A DNA stretch of 64,000 nt from Prasinococcaceae sp. CCMP 1430 (Eukaryota > Plantae > Prasinodermophyta). This document shows, in pieces, positions 54,126-64,000 of the stretch. A model generated the notes under the pieces. That model worked only from the letters and a program-made list of their open reading frames with translations. It had not been told where the DNA came from and searched no databases. The DNA lies in the NCBI GenBank assembly GCA_013416795.1, contig RQSC01000007.1, forward strand, positions 200,707 through 264,706, in the 5' to 3' direction. Numbering within the stretch: the first letter of the stretch is position 1; each line of letters begins with the position of its first letter. The translations under genes and the position numbers were made by a program.

Positions 54126-57100
54126 TTACACGCGCAGGCGCGGGGCGATCTGCATGGCCATGAGCTCCTGGAAGAGCAGCTTGCACGCGTAGGGCATGTG
54201 CACCTGCACCACCTCAGCCGACTTGTGGTCGGGGTTGGGGCACTTGTACACGTCGTTCTTGAAGTGTGCGATGGCCGTGAGGCCGCACTTCGTGCACACG
54301 TGGATGCGGTAGGCGTCCGACTGGTCGAATAGGCGCTCCTTCAGCATGTGCGCGGCACCATGCGAGAGCATGCAGTCACGCTCCATCTCGCCGAAACGCA
54401 GGCCACCGTCGCGCGCGCGGCCCTCCATGGGTTGCCGCGTGAGGATCTGGACCGGCCCGCGCGCGCGCGCGTGAATTTTGTCGTCCACCATGTGCTTGAG
54501 ACGCTGGTAGTATGTTGGACACAGGAAGATGAGTGCGTTGAGCTTGCGCCCCGTGTGGCCATTGTAAAGGCGCTCGTACCCCGTGCGCTGGTAGCCCATC
54601 TTCTTCAGAGTCTTGGCCACGTCGTCCACCGTGACGTCGGTGAAGGGCGTGGCATCGCCCTCCTTGCCGTGGATGGCCGCCACCTTGGACAGCACCGCCT
54701 CGATGAGGTGGCCGATGGTCATGCGTGATGGAATGGCATGCGGGTTGACGATGATGTCCGGCGAGATCCCCTCTACCGAGAACGGCATGTCCTCCTGGAT
54801 GTAGGTCATGCCCACGGTGCCCTTCTGCCCGTGGCGCGACGCGAACTTGTCGCCGATCTGTGGGATGCGAATCGAGCGGATGCGCGTCTTGATGAAGCGC
54901 ATGCCCGCATCGTTGGTGGTGATCATCACCTGGTCCACGACGCCGGTCGCCGTAGAGCTCAGCGCCGTCGAGCAGTCGCGCTTGGTGTAGCGCTGCGGCC
55001 GCCCATCCTCGGGCGTCACGGGCGTGGTCTTGCCGATGATGACGTCCTCGCCCGAGACGCGCGTGCCAGGCGCCGCCAGCCCGTCCTCGTCGAGCTTGTC
55101 ATACTGCGCCGACTGCCGCATCCCCGCCGTGTTCTCGCGCGCGGGCCGCTCGACCATCTCCTGGCATATGGACCCAGTGCGCTTCTCCTCATCTCTGTAG
55201 GAGCGGTGGAACATAGACCTCATGAACCCCCTATCAATCGAGCTCTGGTTCATAATCAGGGAGTCCTCTTGGTTGTAGCCCGAGTAAATCATGATCGCCA
55301 CGATCGCGTTCTGCCCCGCGGGCAGCTCACGGAAGTGCAGGAACTCCATGCTGCGCGTCGTGACCAGCGGTTTCTGCGGGTAGTACAGGATGTACCCCTG
55401 CGTCTCGAACCGCAAATTAAAGTTGGTGGCGTACACGCCCATCGCCTGCTTGCCCATCGCACTCTGGTACACGTTGCGCGGCGACTGGTTGTGGTCAGGG
55501 AAGGGTACGATACTGCAACAGACGCCCAGGATCATCGATGGGTGAATCTCGCAATGTGTATAGCTCGTGGAGTACGCGTTCGCGGGGTCCGCACGCGCAG
55601 CCTCAAGGTCACGGCACTCCATGGCGATCATGGTCGTCTCCTCCTCTTCACAGTCGATGTACTCCACCATGCCCCCCGACACCAGGTCGTGCCAGCCGAA
55701 GCCCGTGCGCTCGCGGTCGCGCAGCTTGGCGATTGTGTCTTTCTTGACCAGCAGGCGCTGGTCCTCCACGATGAACAGCGGGCGGCACACGCGCCCGCTG
55801 TCGGTATACAGGCGCACCTCCTGCAGCCTGATGTCGTGCACGATCGACACCTCCTCCTGGATGTCGACGGCGCGCCGCAGGTCTCGCAGTGTGCGGACGA
55901 GCATCTCGGGGTCGCGGTGCACGCCGATCCACACGCCGTTGACGAACACCTTGGTGTGCTTGGGGATCACCGACGGCTGGACCTCCTCGAGATTTTCCGT
56001 CGCCCACTCGTCGAGGAACTCGAGGATGGGCCCGCTCGAGCTGCCGACCGAGATGTACGCCATCAGGGCCAGGTTCTTCACTAGACCCACGGCCTGACCC
56101 TCAGGAGTCTCAGCGGGGCAGATCATGCCCCAGTGCGAGTTGTGCAGCTGGCGAGGCTTGGCCAGCTTGCCGTCGCGCCCGACCGGCGAGTTCATGCGCC
56201 GCAGGTGGCTCAGTGTCGAGGCATAAGTCAGGCGGTTGAGCACCTGGCTCACGCCGGCGCGCACGTCGCTGGCGCCCTGCTGCCCCCAATTTCCCGTCGC
56301 GAGCGAATACTTCAGCCCCTGCGTGATCACCTTCGACTTGATTCCGTACTCGAGGTTGATCTCCTTCGAGTGGTCGGCGCACTTCTGAGCGTACGCGCGA
56401 ACATCCTTGGTCAGCTTGCGGAAGAGCGTGCGGAAGAGCGACCCCATCAAGGGGCCGGCGAGGTCCAGGCGCTTGTTGGCGTAGTGGTCGCGATCGTCTT
56501 GCGCACGACGGCCGAGCGCCACCAGCAGGAGCCGGTGCAGGCAGTAGCCCAGGAAGTAGGCCTTCTTGGTCTGCACCTGGGCCTCAGCGGTGCCGACGTG
56601 CGGCAGCAGCTCCTTAGCGAGAATCTCGCGAGCGTACTGGATGCGCGCCTCACGCGTGACGCCGAGGGTTGAGCCGCGCTTGCCGATGTAGTCGAGTGCC
56701 ACATCCTGACTCTGGATGACGAACGCTTCCTCGATCGACGGGCGCAGCATGTCGAGCATCGCCTCGTCCTGGAAGTCGTACACGATGTGCTCGAGGATGT
56801 CCTTGTCTGCAACGAAGCCAAGCGCGCGGAAGACAACAATGACCGGGACCTCCTGCCTGATGTATGGGATGGTCATCTTGATAGTCTGGCCCGCCTGCCC
56901 GCGCGGCCCCGTCGGAGCCAGCATGCGAAGGAACATGGTCGACGTCGCGCGGTGGCTCTGCTCGACGAGCGAGCGCACCTCGCACACGTGCGAGTACTTG
57001 TAGGGCATGGTCTTCTCGAAAACGTATACATGGTTGTTGGCCATCTTCTCGTGCGCAATCAGCACCTTCTCTGAGCCGTTGATGATGAAGTAGCCGCCCT

Positions 57101-57908
57101 GATCGTAAGGGCACTCGCCGAGCTCGACGAGCTCCTTGTCTGTGTGGTCATACAGGCAGCAGTAGCTTGAGCGTAGCATGATGGGAACCTTGCCGATGAA
57201 GGTCTTTGGTTGCTCCTCGACTGACTCGCTCTCCTCGCCACCCTCGAGCTTAGTGATCGTGCGCTTCACCACGTCGATGTAAAGTGGCGCTGAGTATGTG
57301 AGGTTGCGTAGGCGGGCCTCCTTAGGGAAGAGCGCGCTCGTCTCGCCGTCCTCCTCAGTCATGACCGGTTTCGATAGGTAGATTTGGCCAAACTCAATGC
57401 GCACCTCCGTCTCGCCCATGTCCTGAACCGGCGCGGACGGGTTGTACTGGTTCTGGGGCTTGATGATGATCGTCGGCGACTGCGGTGTCGACGGAGCAAT
57501 GTGTCACACAGCGCAGCGGGCCCTCGCGTTAGACCCGCGCGGCAGCGGCATGTGCAGGGTGCGCTCGCTTCCCCTCTCCTTCGCGGGGTGGTGGGGAGGC
57601 GCCTGGAAAGAGGGAGGGGAGCGATCGCCCGGCCCTAATTGCTCGCCGCCCCGCGCGTCCCATCCCCCCATCCCCCTCCCCCCTCCCCCCCCCTTCCTGC
57701 TCGCGCCACCCGCGCGCTCACGGCGTTGCGCCCTTCGCACCTCGTCGACGATCTCCTGCATCGTGTTCATGATGAACTCATCGAATGAGTCGAGCTGCTG
57801 GCGCACAAGGCCCTTCTCACCGAAGAAGGCCTGAATGACACCCCACGCATCCTCCTGGTTGATCTCCTGCGCCTCGTCGAGCTCGATGTTGTCATCGTCG
57901 CCGTACAT
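54126..57908 (-). CDS. RPB2: RNA polymerase II second-largest subunit; one intron about 57741-57480
   Basis: [100 protein letters not shown]. Confidence 0.98.
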
Positions 57909-57922
57909 GGCTGGTGCTGCCT

Positions 57923-58530
57923 TCACCCGCTAGGCAACCCTAACAGATCGGCGGCTCCACGCGGGCAAGAGCGCGCGCCGCGCAGCAGCCCCCACCCCAC
58001 CCCACCCCGGGCGCCGCCGCGCGCGCTCCCGCCGCCCCCGCGCGCTCGCCGCTCGCCCGCGCGTCTCTGCACCGACCTGTGCGCCCACGCGTGGTGGTTC
58101 TTGGCGTCCGTCTCCGCGAAGGTGTCCTCCGTCGCATCGAGCTCCAGTGCGAGCAAGTCGGGCCGCTCTGCCGGTTCGCTCTCCGCGACCTTCGCCGCGA
58201 CCGCCCGTCGGTGGAACCACAGCTGGTAGTTCTTGGCGGACCGCGAGGCGACGTCGGCGACCCACGCGAGCTCGCCGCGCCAGTCGGCCCGCTCGCCGAG
58301 CGCGTCCAGCACGCGCCTGCGAAAGTGCCACGCGCTGTAGTGCCCCGCGCACAGCGCCACGCAGCGCTCGCTCAGCCGCAGCGCCCGCTGCGACGGCTCG
58401 GCCGGCTCGGCGCCCGCCATCGCGCGCAGCACGCAGAACGCGAACGCGTACTCCGCGCCGTACTCGGGCCGCGCGACGGCGCCGCGCTCGTCCTCCTCGA
58501 AGTCCCGCGCGGCCGCCCTGCGCGCGCACT
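57923..58530 (-). pseudogene. FNTA: N-terminal half of a protein farnesyltransferase/GGTase-I alpha subunit (FNTA-like, about 3 PFTA repeats); truncated or misassembled
   Basis: SQRALRLSERCVALCAGHYSAWHFRRRVL, ELAWVADVASRSAKNYQLWFHRR, DAKNHHAWAHR. The remaining repeats are absent and the stop (57925-57923) is 14 nt before the RPB2 ATG. Confidence 0.7.
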
Positions 58531-59386
58531 TCGAGGCGGCCGTCGACGGCGCGCTCGCGCGCGTGAGCTCCGACGCCGTCGGCGAGAGCTTTCCGACGCT
58601 TTCCGCGGAGCTGCGCGACCTCGTCTTCGACCTGGTGTCGCAGGTGAAGCAGGGCATCCGCGCCAACTCCGAGGCCGAGTTCGGCGACATCTGCGCCGAG
58701 CACGGCGCCCGCGCCGCGCTCGACGCGCTCGACGCGCGCTGTGCCGCCAGCGGCGTGCACATGGTCGGACGCGTGGCGCTCGCGGCGGGCGCTGCGGACG
58801 GTTCGCCGGAGGGTGCGTGCGCGCTCGCTCGCTCGCTCGCTCGCGAGCGAGCGAGCGTTGCGTGCTGGTCCCATCGGTGCGCGCGCGCGCCTCTGTCGTG
58901 TCACCGGCGTCGATGCACGGCTGACGCACGCGCACACGTTTCGCGCACACGTTCCGCGCGCAGACGCCGCCCGTGCCGAGCGCGTGTCGGCGCTCCGCCG
59001 CGAGCGCGACGTGCTCGCGCGCATGCTCGCCGAGGGCGAAACGGCAGAGGCAGAGCTGGACGCGCGCCTCGCCCGTGGCGTGGGCGCGTACCGCGAGCTC
59101 CTCGCACGGCTGGGGCAGTCCATCGAGGTACGCGCGCGCGCGTGATGAAGGCGGACGCGCGCGCGCGCGGGCACACTCACGCGCCACGTGCGCCACGCGC
59201 GCACGCGCCCGCCCCGCGCACGCCCCCACCCCCACGTGCGCTGACCCCAACGCCCGCCGGTGCGCCGACCCGCGTTTTCGCGCGCGCGCGCCCGGGCGGC
59301 CCGCAAAACAGAGCATGCGGCAGCTGCAGACCGCCACCGAGGGCTGGAAGACGCGCTCCACCAAGCTGTGGGAGGCCGCCGCGTAG
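58497..59386 (+). CDS. PMF1/Nnf1-like kinetochore (MIS12 complex) subunit; introns 58813-58963 and 59128-59311; no in-frame ATG upstream of the conserved region
   Basis: SRAAALRAHFEAAVDGALARVSSDAVGESFP...EAEFGDICAEHGARAALDALD follows the Nnf1 pattern (R..L...F; EF..I..E..v...L..LD). Two clean GT..AG introns keep the frame through a coiled coil. Confidence 0.62.
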
Positions 59387-59510
59387 GGCGCCGGTGGCGC
59401 GCCTACTCGCCGCCTCACACACCGCCGCCGCGCACGCACACGCGCGCGCGCGCTCACACGTGCGCGCCCGCCGCACGTTGTAATCATGTAGCCTCCCGCC
59501 CTTGCGCGCT

Positions 59511-59565
59511 CGCACGCTCGCGCGCAGGCACGCACGCTCGCGCGCAGGCACGCACGCTCGCGCGC
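59511..59565. repeat. Tandem repeat, 20 bp unit CGCACGCTCGCGCGCAGGCA x2.75
   Basis: Read directly, in the convergent interval between the PMF1-like gene and KCBP. Confidence 0.8.
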
Positions 59566-59723
59566 GTCGTTGCGCGCCACGCGCAGAGAGCGTCCACACG
59601 CACAGACGCGCGCGCTGCCACGCGAGGCGCACGCTGCACCACCACTCGCTTTTTTTAAACGACCGAGCCCGCGGGGCAGAATGCAGCCCCCGCGAGAGGC
59701 GCGGCGGTCCCGTCGCACCGGTC

Positions 59724-62700
59724 CTACTCGCGCTCCTCGGCCACGTCGTACAGGCCGCCCTCGGGCTCGCCGGGCTGCGCGGGCTTGCCCGCCTGCGCCT
59801 TCCAGTACGTGACGGCCTGCTTGAGCTTCTGCACGTGCTTGTTGGCCTCGTCCTTGGAGGCGTTGTTGACGATGGTGCGCACGCGGCTGGCGTACTGCAG
59901 GGAGTTGTGCGTCTCGTCGAGGTTGTACGTCGCCGGCGAGACGTTTACGAACATGAGCGTCTTGGCGTTGCCCCCGAGCGAGTCGGACAGCAGCATGGAG
60001 AGCTTGTGGTTGCGGTAGGGGACGAATTTGGCCTCGGACGACAGCGCCGAGATGACGTCGCCGAGCGCCGAGAGCGACTTGTTGATCGCCTGCGCCTCCT
60101 TGAGCTGCTCGCCCGTGCTGCCGCTCTTCTTGACGCGCTCGCTGCCCGCCAGGTCGCAGAACGTGAGCTTCCCCTTGGTGGTGTGCTGCGTCTGCAGGTT
60201 CGTGGCCGTGATGACGACCGAGAGCACCAGGTGGGAGCGGCTCGAGTCGGCGTTCATCTTGGTGGCGCCCACGCGGCGCCCCTTGAGGCCGCGCGTCACC
60301 ACGTCGGTGAGCTCACCTCGGGTCGTGACGGGCAACATCATGGCACCGTCCACGTACACCATGCCCTTGATGTCTTTCTTGATGGCCAGCTTGGCGGATT
60401 CGCTCTTGGTGGCCACGGCGTGCAGGTCAACCAGGTCCTCCTGGTAGAGCTCGAGCATGTAGCACTGGAGGTCGAAGGAGTACTTGCCGCTGTCGCGATC
60501 GATGATGTCGAAGAGCTCGTCGACCGCGCGCGGCTGCAGGCCGGGCATCGACGGCGAGCCCTGAATGGTGTGCGTCTTGCCCGAACCCGTCTGGCCGTAG
60601 GCGAAGATGCACACGTTGTAGCCGTCCACGGCCGACTGCACGAGGTACTTGGTGTCCTCGAACACCTGCTCCTGCGTGGCGTCCCCGGGGAAGTAGTGGT
60701 CGAACTGGAAGGTCTTCTTCTCCTTGCCCTCCTTGCCCCAGGGGTGCTCGATGGTGAACTCGTCAGGGCTCGTGAGCTCGACCTTGTCGCCGCGCTCCTC
60801 CTCGGAACCCGAGAGCGGGCGCGTGCGGCAGTACACGCGGATCTTGCCCTTCATGTCCTCCATCTGGTTGAAGTAGCGCTTGCGCAGCACCTGCTCCTCC
60901 TTGTAGAGCGCCTCCAGCTCGTTGAGCTGCGCGCCCTGCCGCGAGATGATCTCCGCGTGCTGCTTCTCCTTGCGCTCGATGTCCGCCTTCATCTCACGCA
61001 GCTCGTCCAACTCCGCCTGCGACTCGTTGGCGGCCTCCAGCTCGCTCTCGACGCGCGCGCGCGCATCGAGCGCCTCCTGAAGCTCACCCGCGAGCGACTC
61101 AATCTTGGCGTCACGTTCAGCGAGCTTCGTGGCGGCCTCCTCGCGCGCGGCGGCCACCGACGCGCTCGCCCCGCTCTCGGTGTCCGCCAGCTGCGCCTCG
61201 AGGCGCGCCGCGCGTTTCTCCGCCAGCGCCGCCTCCTCGCTGGCCGCCTTGGCCTCCGAGGCCGCCTGGCGCGCCTCCTTCTTGGCCTCCTCGAGCGCCG
61301 CGAGCGCCTCAGCGCTGGCCGCGCCGCCGTCGCCGCCGCTACTGGACGGCACGCCCTCGACGCGCAGGCGCTGAAGCTCCGCCTGCGCCTCCTCCAACTG
61401 CGCCGCCAGGTCCGCTGCGCGCGACTCCTGCACGTTCAGGCGGTCCTCGGCGTCCGCCGCCTTGGCGACCGCCTGCGCCTCCTTGGAGGCGGCGGCCTCC
61501 GCCTCTGACTGCAGCCTGTCCGCGCGCGTGCGCTCTTCGTCCAGGCGCTTGGACACCTCGGCGGCTTGCTTGTTGAAGGGCGCCATGCCCGCCGGCGCGC
61601 CAACCTCGGTCGCCCCCCCTTGCTGCGCCGCGGCGCCCGCATCCGCCGCGCCATCGCCGTCCTTTCTGGCCGCCTGGGCGGCCTCCTTCTTCTTCGCGTA
61701 GCGCTTCATCATGACGTCGTTGATGTGCGTCTGCAGCGCCAGGCAAATCTCCTCGCCCTGCTTCGTCTCAAACTGGAAGATGTGCAGCTGACCCGCAACG
61801 CGCATCTTGAAGAACACCGCGCTCGCGCTCGAGCCGAATTGCATGATGTCGCGCAGCTCCGCCGTGTGCAGGTACTCCTTCGGCACCGGCCTGAAGAAGT
61901 GCACGCCGCGGCGATTGATGCCGAGGATCAGCTTGCCCGGCAGCAGGCCGATCGGGTCCTCAATGCGCTTGCACGTGAAGAAGGTGCTCTGGCCGTAGGG
62001 CAGCGCGCGCAACAGGCGCAGCATCTGCACGCGCGCGTCCTCGTTGGTGAACTGCTCCAGAGTGCGCATGCGCCCCACCACGTCCTGCTCCCACTCCACC
62101 CGCGGGCGCGTACCCATCACCAGCCGCGGGATATACCGCTCGAGCGGGAGCTGCTCGGCGCTCTCCAGCTCCGTGTGGATGGCGCCCATGTCCGCGAGCA
62201 TCATCAGCGCCGCGAGCTGGCACGCGTCCTCGCGCGTCACCGGGTACTGCCCATTGAGGTAGTCATGCTGCGCCTGCACGTACGAAAGCGAAATGAAGAC
62301 GGGCTCGGTGATGCCCTCGTCGGCGTCGCGGAAGAGCTTCTTCTTGAAGACCAGGCGGGACATGGCCGAGTCGTTCTTGGCGGCGCGCGCGCGGATCTCG
62401 TGGAGCACGTCGGCCAAGTAGCGCCCTTCGGCGAGGCTGACGTGCTCCTCGGGCGCCGCGCCGTCCTTTATCTCTTTAGCCGATACCTTGCGCGCCTCGA
62501 AGAGCGTGAAGGTCGCGAAGTTCTCCAGCGAAATGACGCTGGCCACGAACTTGCTGGCCTCAGCGATGGTCGTGCAGAGCCCATATGGCAGCTCTTCGAA
62601 GGTCTCGTCCAGGAAGAAGGAGATCGTGTTGAGCTTGCGCGCAGCCACGTGCGCTACGATCTGCTCCTGCGAGGGCGTCGTGCGGCGCGCGCCGTGCTTG

Positions 62701-63671
62701 ACGGTATTGCGCAGGCCCTCGAAGGCGACACTCGCGGCGGCCTGCACGGCGGGCGGTGCCGCGGGGTCGTTGACGCTCTGCTGCACGAACGCGGACACGA
62801 ACGGCGCCAGCTCCCTGGACGGAGGCGCGGTGCAGCACAGCAGCGACATGAGCACCCACACGCGCGCCAGCGAGTCCTCCGATGGATTGCCGCGCGACTG
62901 CTTCACGAGGTGCAGGAAGAGCTCGTCGCGCAGCTCGGGGCGCTTGACGGCGGCCTTGAGCATCGGCTGGCAGAGCGCGGCGGCGTCGGCGGGCGGCAGC
63001 GGCTTGCCTTCGCAGTACTTCAGGATCATGGCGAAGTTCTTCACCGCGCGATTGGTATTCTCGCTGCTGAGCTTGAGCAGCGAGAGCGGCAGATCCACGG
63101 CCTGGTGCGCGGCCATCACGGGCAGCGTCACGCTGCCGTCGGCGCGCTTGCGCCCGAGCAGCCCGCGTTTCCCCGCAGCCTTGGCGAACGCATCCAGCTG
63201 GAAGCGTTGCGCCACAGGCTGCATCAGCAGCGGAATGGGCGGCGCGGCGGCGCCGGGCGAGCCGGGCGTGCCGGGCGTTCCCTCGGGTCCCGTCTGCGGC
63301 CGCGAGGCGGCCACCTTCGACGTGGGTGTCATCTCCGCCTCGTCGTCGCTGTCCATGAAACCGTCCATGCCGCTGAAGGGCGTGCCCGGCGTGGGGGGCG
63401 AAAGCAGGCCATCTGTCGTTCGCCAGGGCGCCGAGGCGATCCCGAACGGGGCGAGCGAGCGCGTGGATGGCATCACGGACGCAGCGGTGACGGGCGCGGA
63501 GATGCAGCGCAGGACGCGCGTCGGCGGCGCAGGCGGGTCAGCCAGAGATATGGATGGCGCTCGCGCGAGCGCCATCGCCAGCCATTCCTCCCATAGCCTC
63601 GCGGAGGCGGCGGCGCCCCCTCGCGAGAGCTCTCGAGCGCACTCGCTCGCACGCTCGCTCGCGCGCGCCAC
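59724..63671 (-). CDS. KCBP: Kinesin-like calmodulin-binding protein (KCBP/ZWICHEL; MyTH4-FERM-coiled coil-kinesin-14 motor), intronless; exact start uncertain
   Basis: MyTH4 (LRDELFLHLVKQSRGNP), FERM (KRIEDPIGLLPGKLILGINRRGVHFFRP), motor (KGKIRVYCR, IFAYGQTGSGKT, SSRSH, DLAGSER, LGGNAKTLMFVN) and CaM-binding helix KLKQAVTYWKAQAG. Confidence 0.96.
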   Translation of the reverse strand: MARASERASECARELSRGGAAASARLWEEWLAMALARAPSISLADPPAPPTRVLRCISAPVTAASVMPSTRSLAPFGIASAPWRTTDGLLSPPTPGTPFSGMDGFMDSDDEAEMTPTSKVAASRPQTGPEGTPGTPGSPGAAAPPIPLLMQPVAQRFQLDAFAKAAGKRGLLGRKRADGSVTLPVMAAHQAVDLPLSLLKLSSENTNRAVKNFAMILKYCEGKPLPPADAAALCQPMLKAAVKRPELRDELFLHLVKQSRGNPSEDSLARVWVLMSLLCCTAPPSRELAPFVSAFVQQSVNDPAAPPAVQAAASVAFEGLRNTVKHGARRTTPSQEQIVAHVAARKLNTISFFLDETFEELPYGLCTTIAEASKFVASVISLENFATFTLFEARKVSAKEIKDGAAPEEHVSLAEGRYLADVLHEIRARAAKNDSAMSRLVFKKKLFRDADEGITEPVFISLSYVQAQHDYLNGQYPVTREDACQLAALMMLADMGAIHTELESAEQLPLERYIPRLVMGTRPRVEWEQDVVGRMRTLEQFTNEDARVQMLRLLRALPYGQSTFFTCKRIEDPIGLLPGKLILGINRRGVHFFRPVPKEYLHTAELRDIMQFGSSASAVFFKMRVAGQLHIFQFETKQGEEICLALQTHINDVMMKRYAKKKEAAQAARKDGDGAADAGAAAQQGGATEVGAPAGMAPFNKQAAEVSKRLDEERTRADRLQSEAEAAASKEAQAVAKAADAEDRLNVQESRAADLAAQLEEAQAELQRLRVEGVPSSSGGDGGAASAEALAALEEAKKEARQAASEAKAASEEAALAEKRAARLEAQLADTESGASASVAAAREEAATKLAERDAKIESLAGELQEALDARARVESELEAANESQAELDELREMKADIERKEKQHAEIISRQGAQLNELEALYKEEQVLRKRYFNQMEDMKGKIRVYCRTRPLSGSEEERGDKVELTSPDEFTIEHPWGKEGKEKKTFQFDHYFPGDATQEQVFEDTKYLVQSAVDGYNVCIFAYGQTGSGKTHTIQGSPSMPGLQPRAVDELFDIIDRDSGKYSFDLQCYMLELYQEDLVDLHAVATKSESAKLAIKKDIKGMVYVDGAMMLPVTTRGELTDVVTRGLKGRRVGATKMNADSSRSHLVLSVVITATNLQTQHTTKGKLTFCDLAGSERVKKSGSTGEQLKEAQAINKSLSALGDVISALSSEAKFVPYRNHKLSMLLSDSLGGNAKTLMFVNVSPATYNLDETHNSLQYASRVRTIVNNASKDEANKHVQKLKQAVTYWKAQAGKPAQPGEPEGGLYDVAEERE

Positions 63672-64000
63672 GGCTGCGCAGATCGCGCGCGCGACATCCT
63701 CCTCGCCACCCGCCCAGCTCCCCAGGCTTCAAGCCCCCGCGTCGCGCCATTCGGAATGCCTGGGGTGCACCGCGCCCGCCAGGGCGTGGCAAAGGCCGGA
63801 TCGCTGTCGCCGCGCGCTCCGCGCCGCGCCGGCGCGTCCCGCGACTCTCATCCTCCCCTCCCGCCCGCGCGATCGCGCGGCGCTCCGTCTCCCCCTCCCC
63901 ATCCCCCCCGGGGAGCGCGCAGCAGCAGCCACCGCCCGCGCAGCGGTGCGCCAGGCCGCGCGCGTTTCGAAGTCTGCGCGAGCCGCGCGAGCCCACGGCG

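Noticed and set aside
59502-63596. Long plus-strand ORFs (668 aa, 676 aa) opposite KCBP, and similar antisense ORFs opposite KIF6, SEC24, PNPase and RPB2
   Set aside because: Expected shadows of extreme GC3 codon bias. The translations are Leu/Arg/Ala-rich with no motifs.
3-63671. KIF6, KIF-binding protein and KCBP in one window as a 'kinesin cluster'
   Set aside because: They are 26-60 kb apart with unrelated genes between them, so chance co-occurrence is adequate.
1-64000. tRNA, rRNA, snRNA genes, CRISPR arrays and transposase/RT ORFs
   Set aside because: No T-loop/cloverleaf, rRNA or U-snRNA signatures, no repeat-spacer periodicity and no DDE/RT motifs were recognised by eye.

Overview
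Gene-dense, very GC-rich eukaryotic nuclear DNA with short GT-AG introns. It is most likely from a green alga (inference from PsbQ, ABA4-like, MyTH4-FERM KCBP, a UGA-Sec selenoprotein T and recurrent TGTAA poly(A) signals). About 33 protein-coding genes can be read, mostly in alternating divergent/convergent pairs: KIF6, BBS7, LRRC74-like, C53/CDK5RAP3, PSMB2, PEX10, SEC24, PNPase, a GT29 sialyltransferase-like gene, TPK, MED30-like, ABA4-like, SelT, an orphan ubiquitin-like protein, KIFBP, cpFBPII-like, PH1, threonine aldolase, DYBLUP/MOT7-like, a PP2A B''-like EF-hand/coiled-coil protein, SYP2-type syntaxin, TIM21-like, SppA, TRAPPC2, ELMOD3-like, PsbQ, ATP12, RPB2, an FNTA-like half gene, PMF1/Nnf1-like, KCBP and several hypotheticals. 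No tRNA, rRNA, CRISPR array or intact transposase was recognised. Most notable: (1) a SelT 3'UTR SECIS whose helices and core are canonical but whose apical loop is about 96 nt; (2) a roughly 330 bp fragment of a bacterial GH43 xylosidase next to GTAC-rich palindromes; (3) a truncated FNTA-like ORF that stops 14 nt before the RPB2 ATG and overlaps head-to-head with an ATG-less PMF1-like gene; (4) a -1 frame discontinuity in BBS7. The assembly is a draft (an N at 40411), so assembly error is a live alternative for the structural oddities. All family assignments come from recalled motifs, not database searches.
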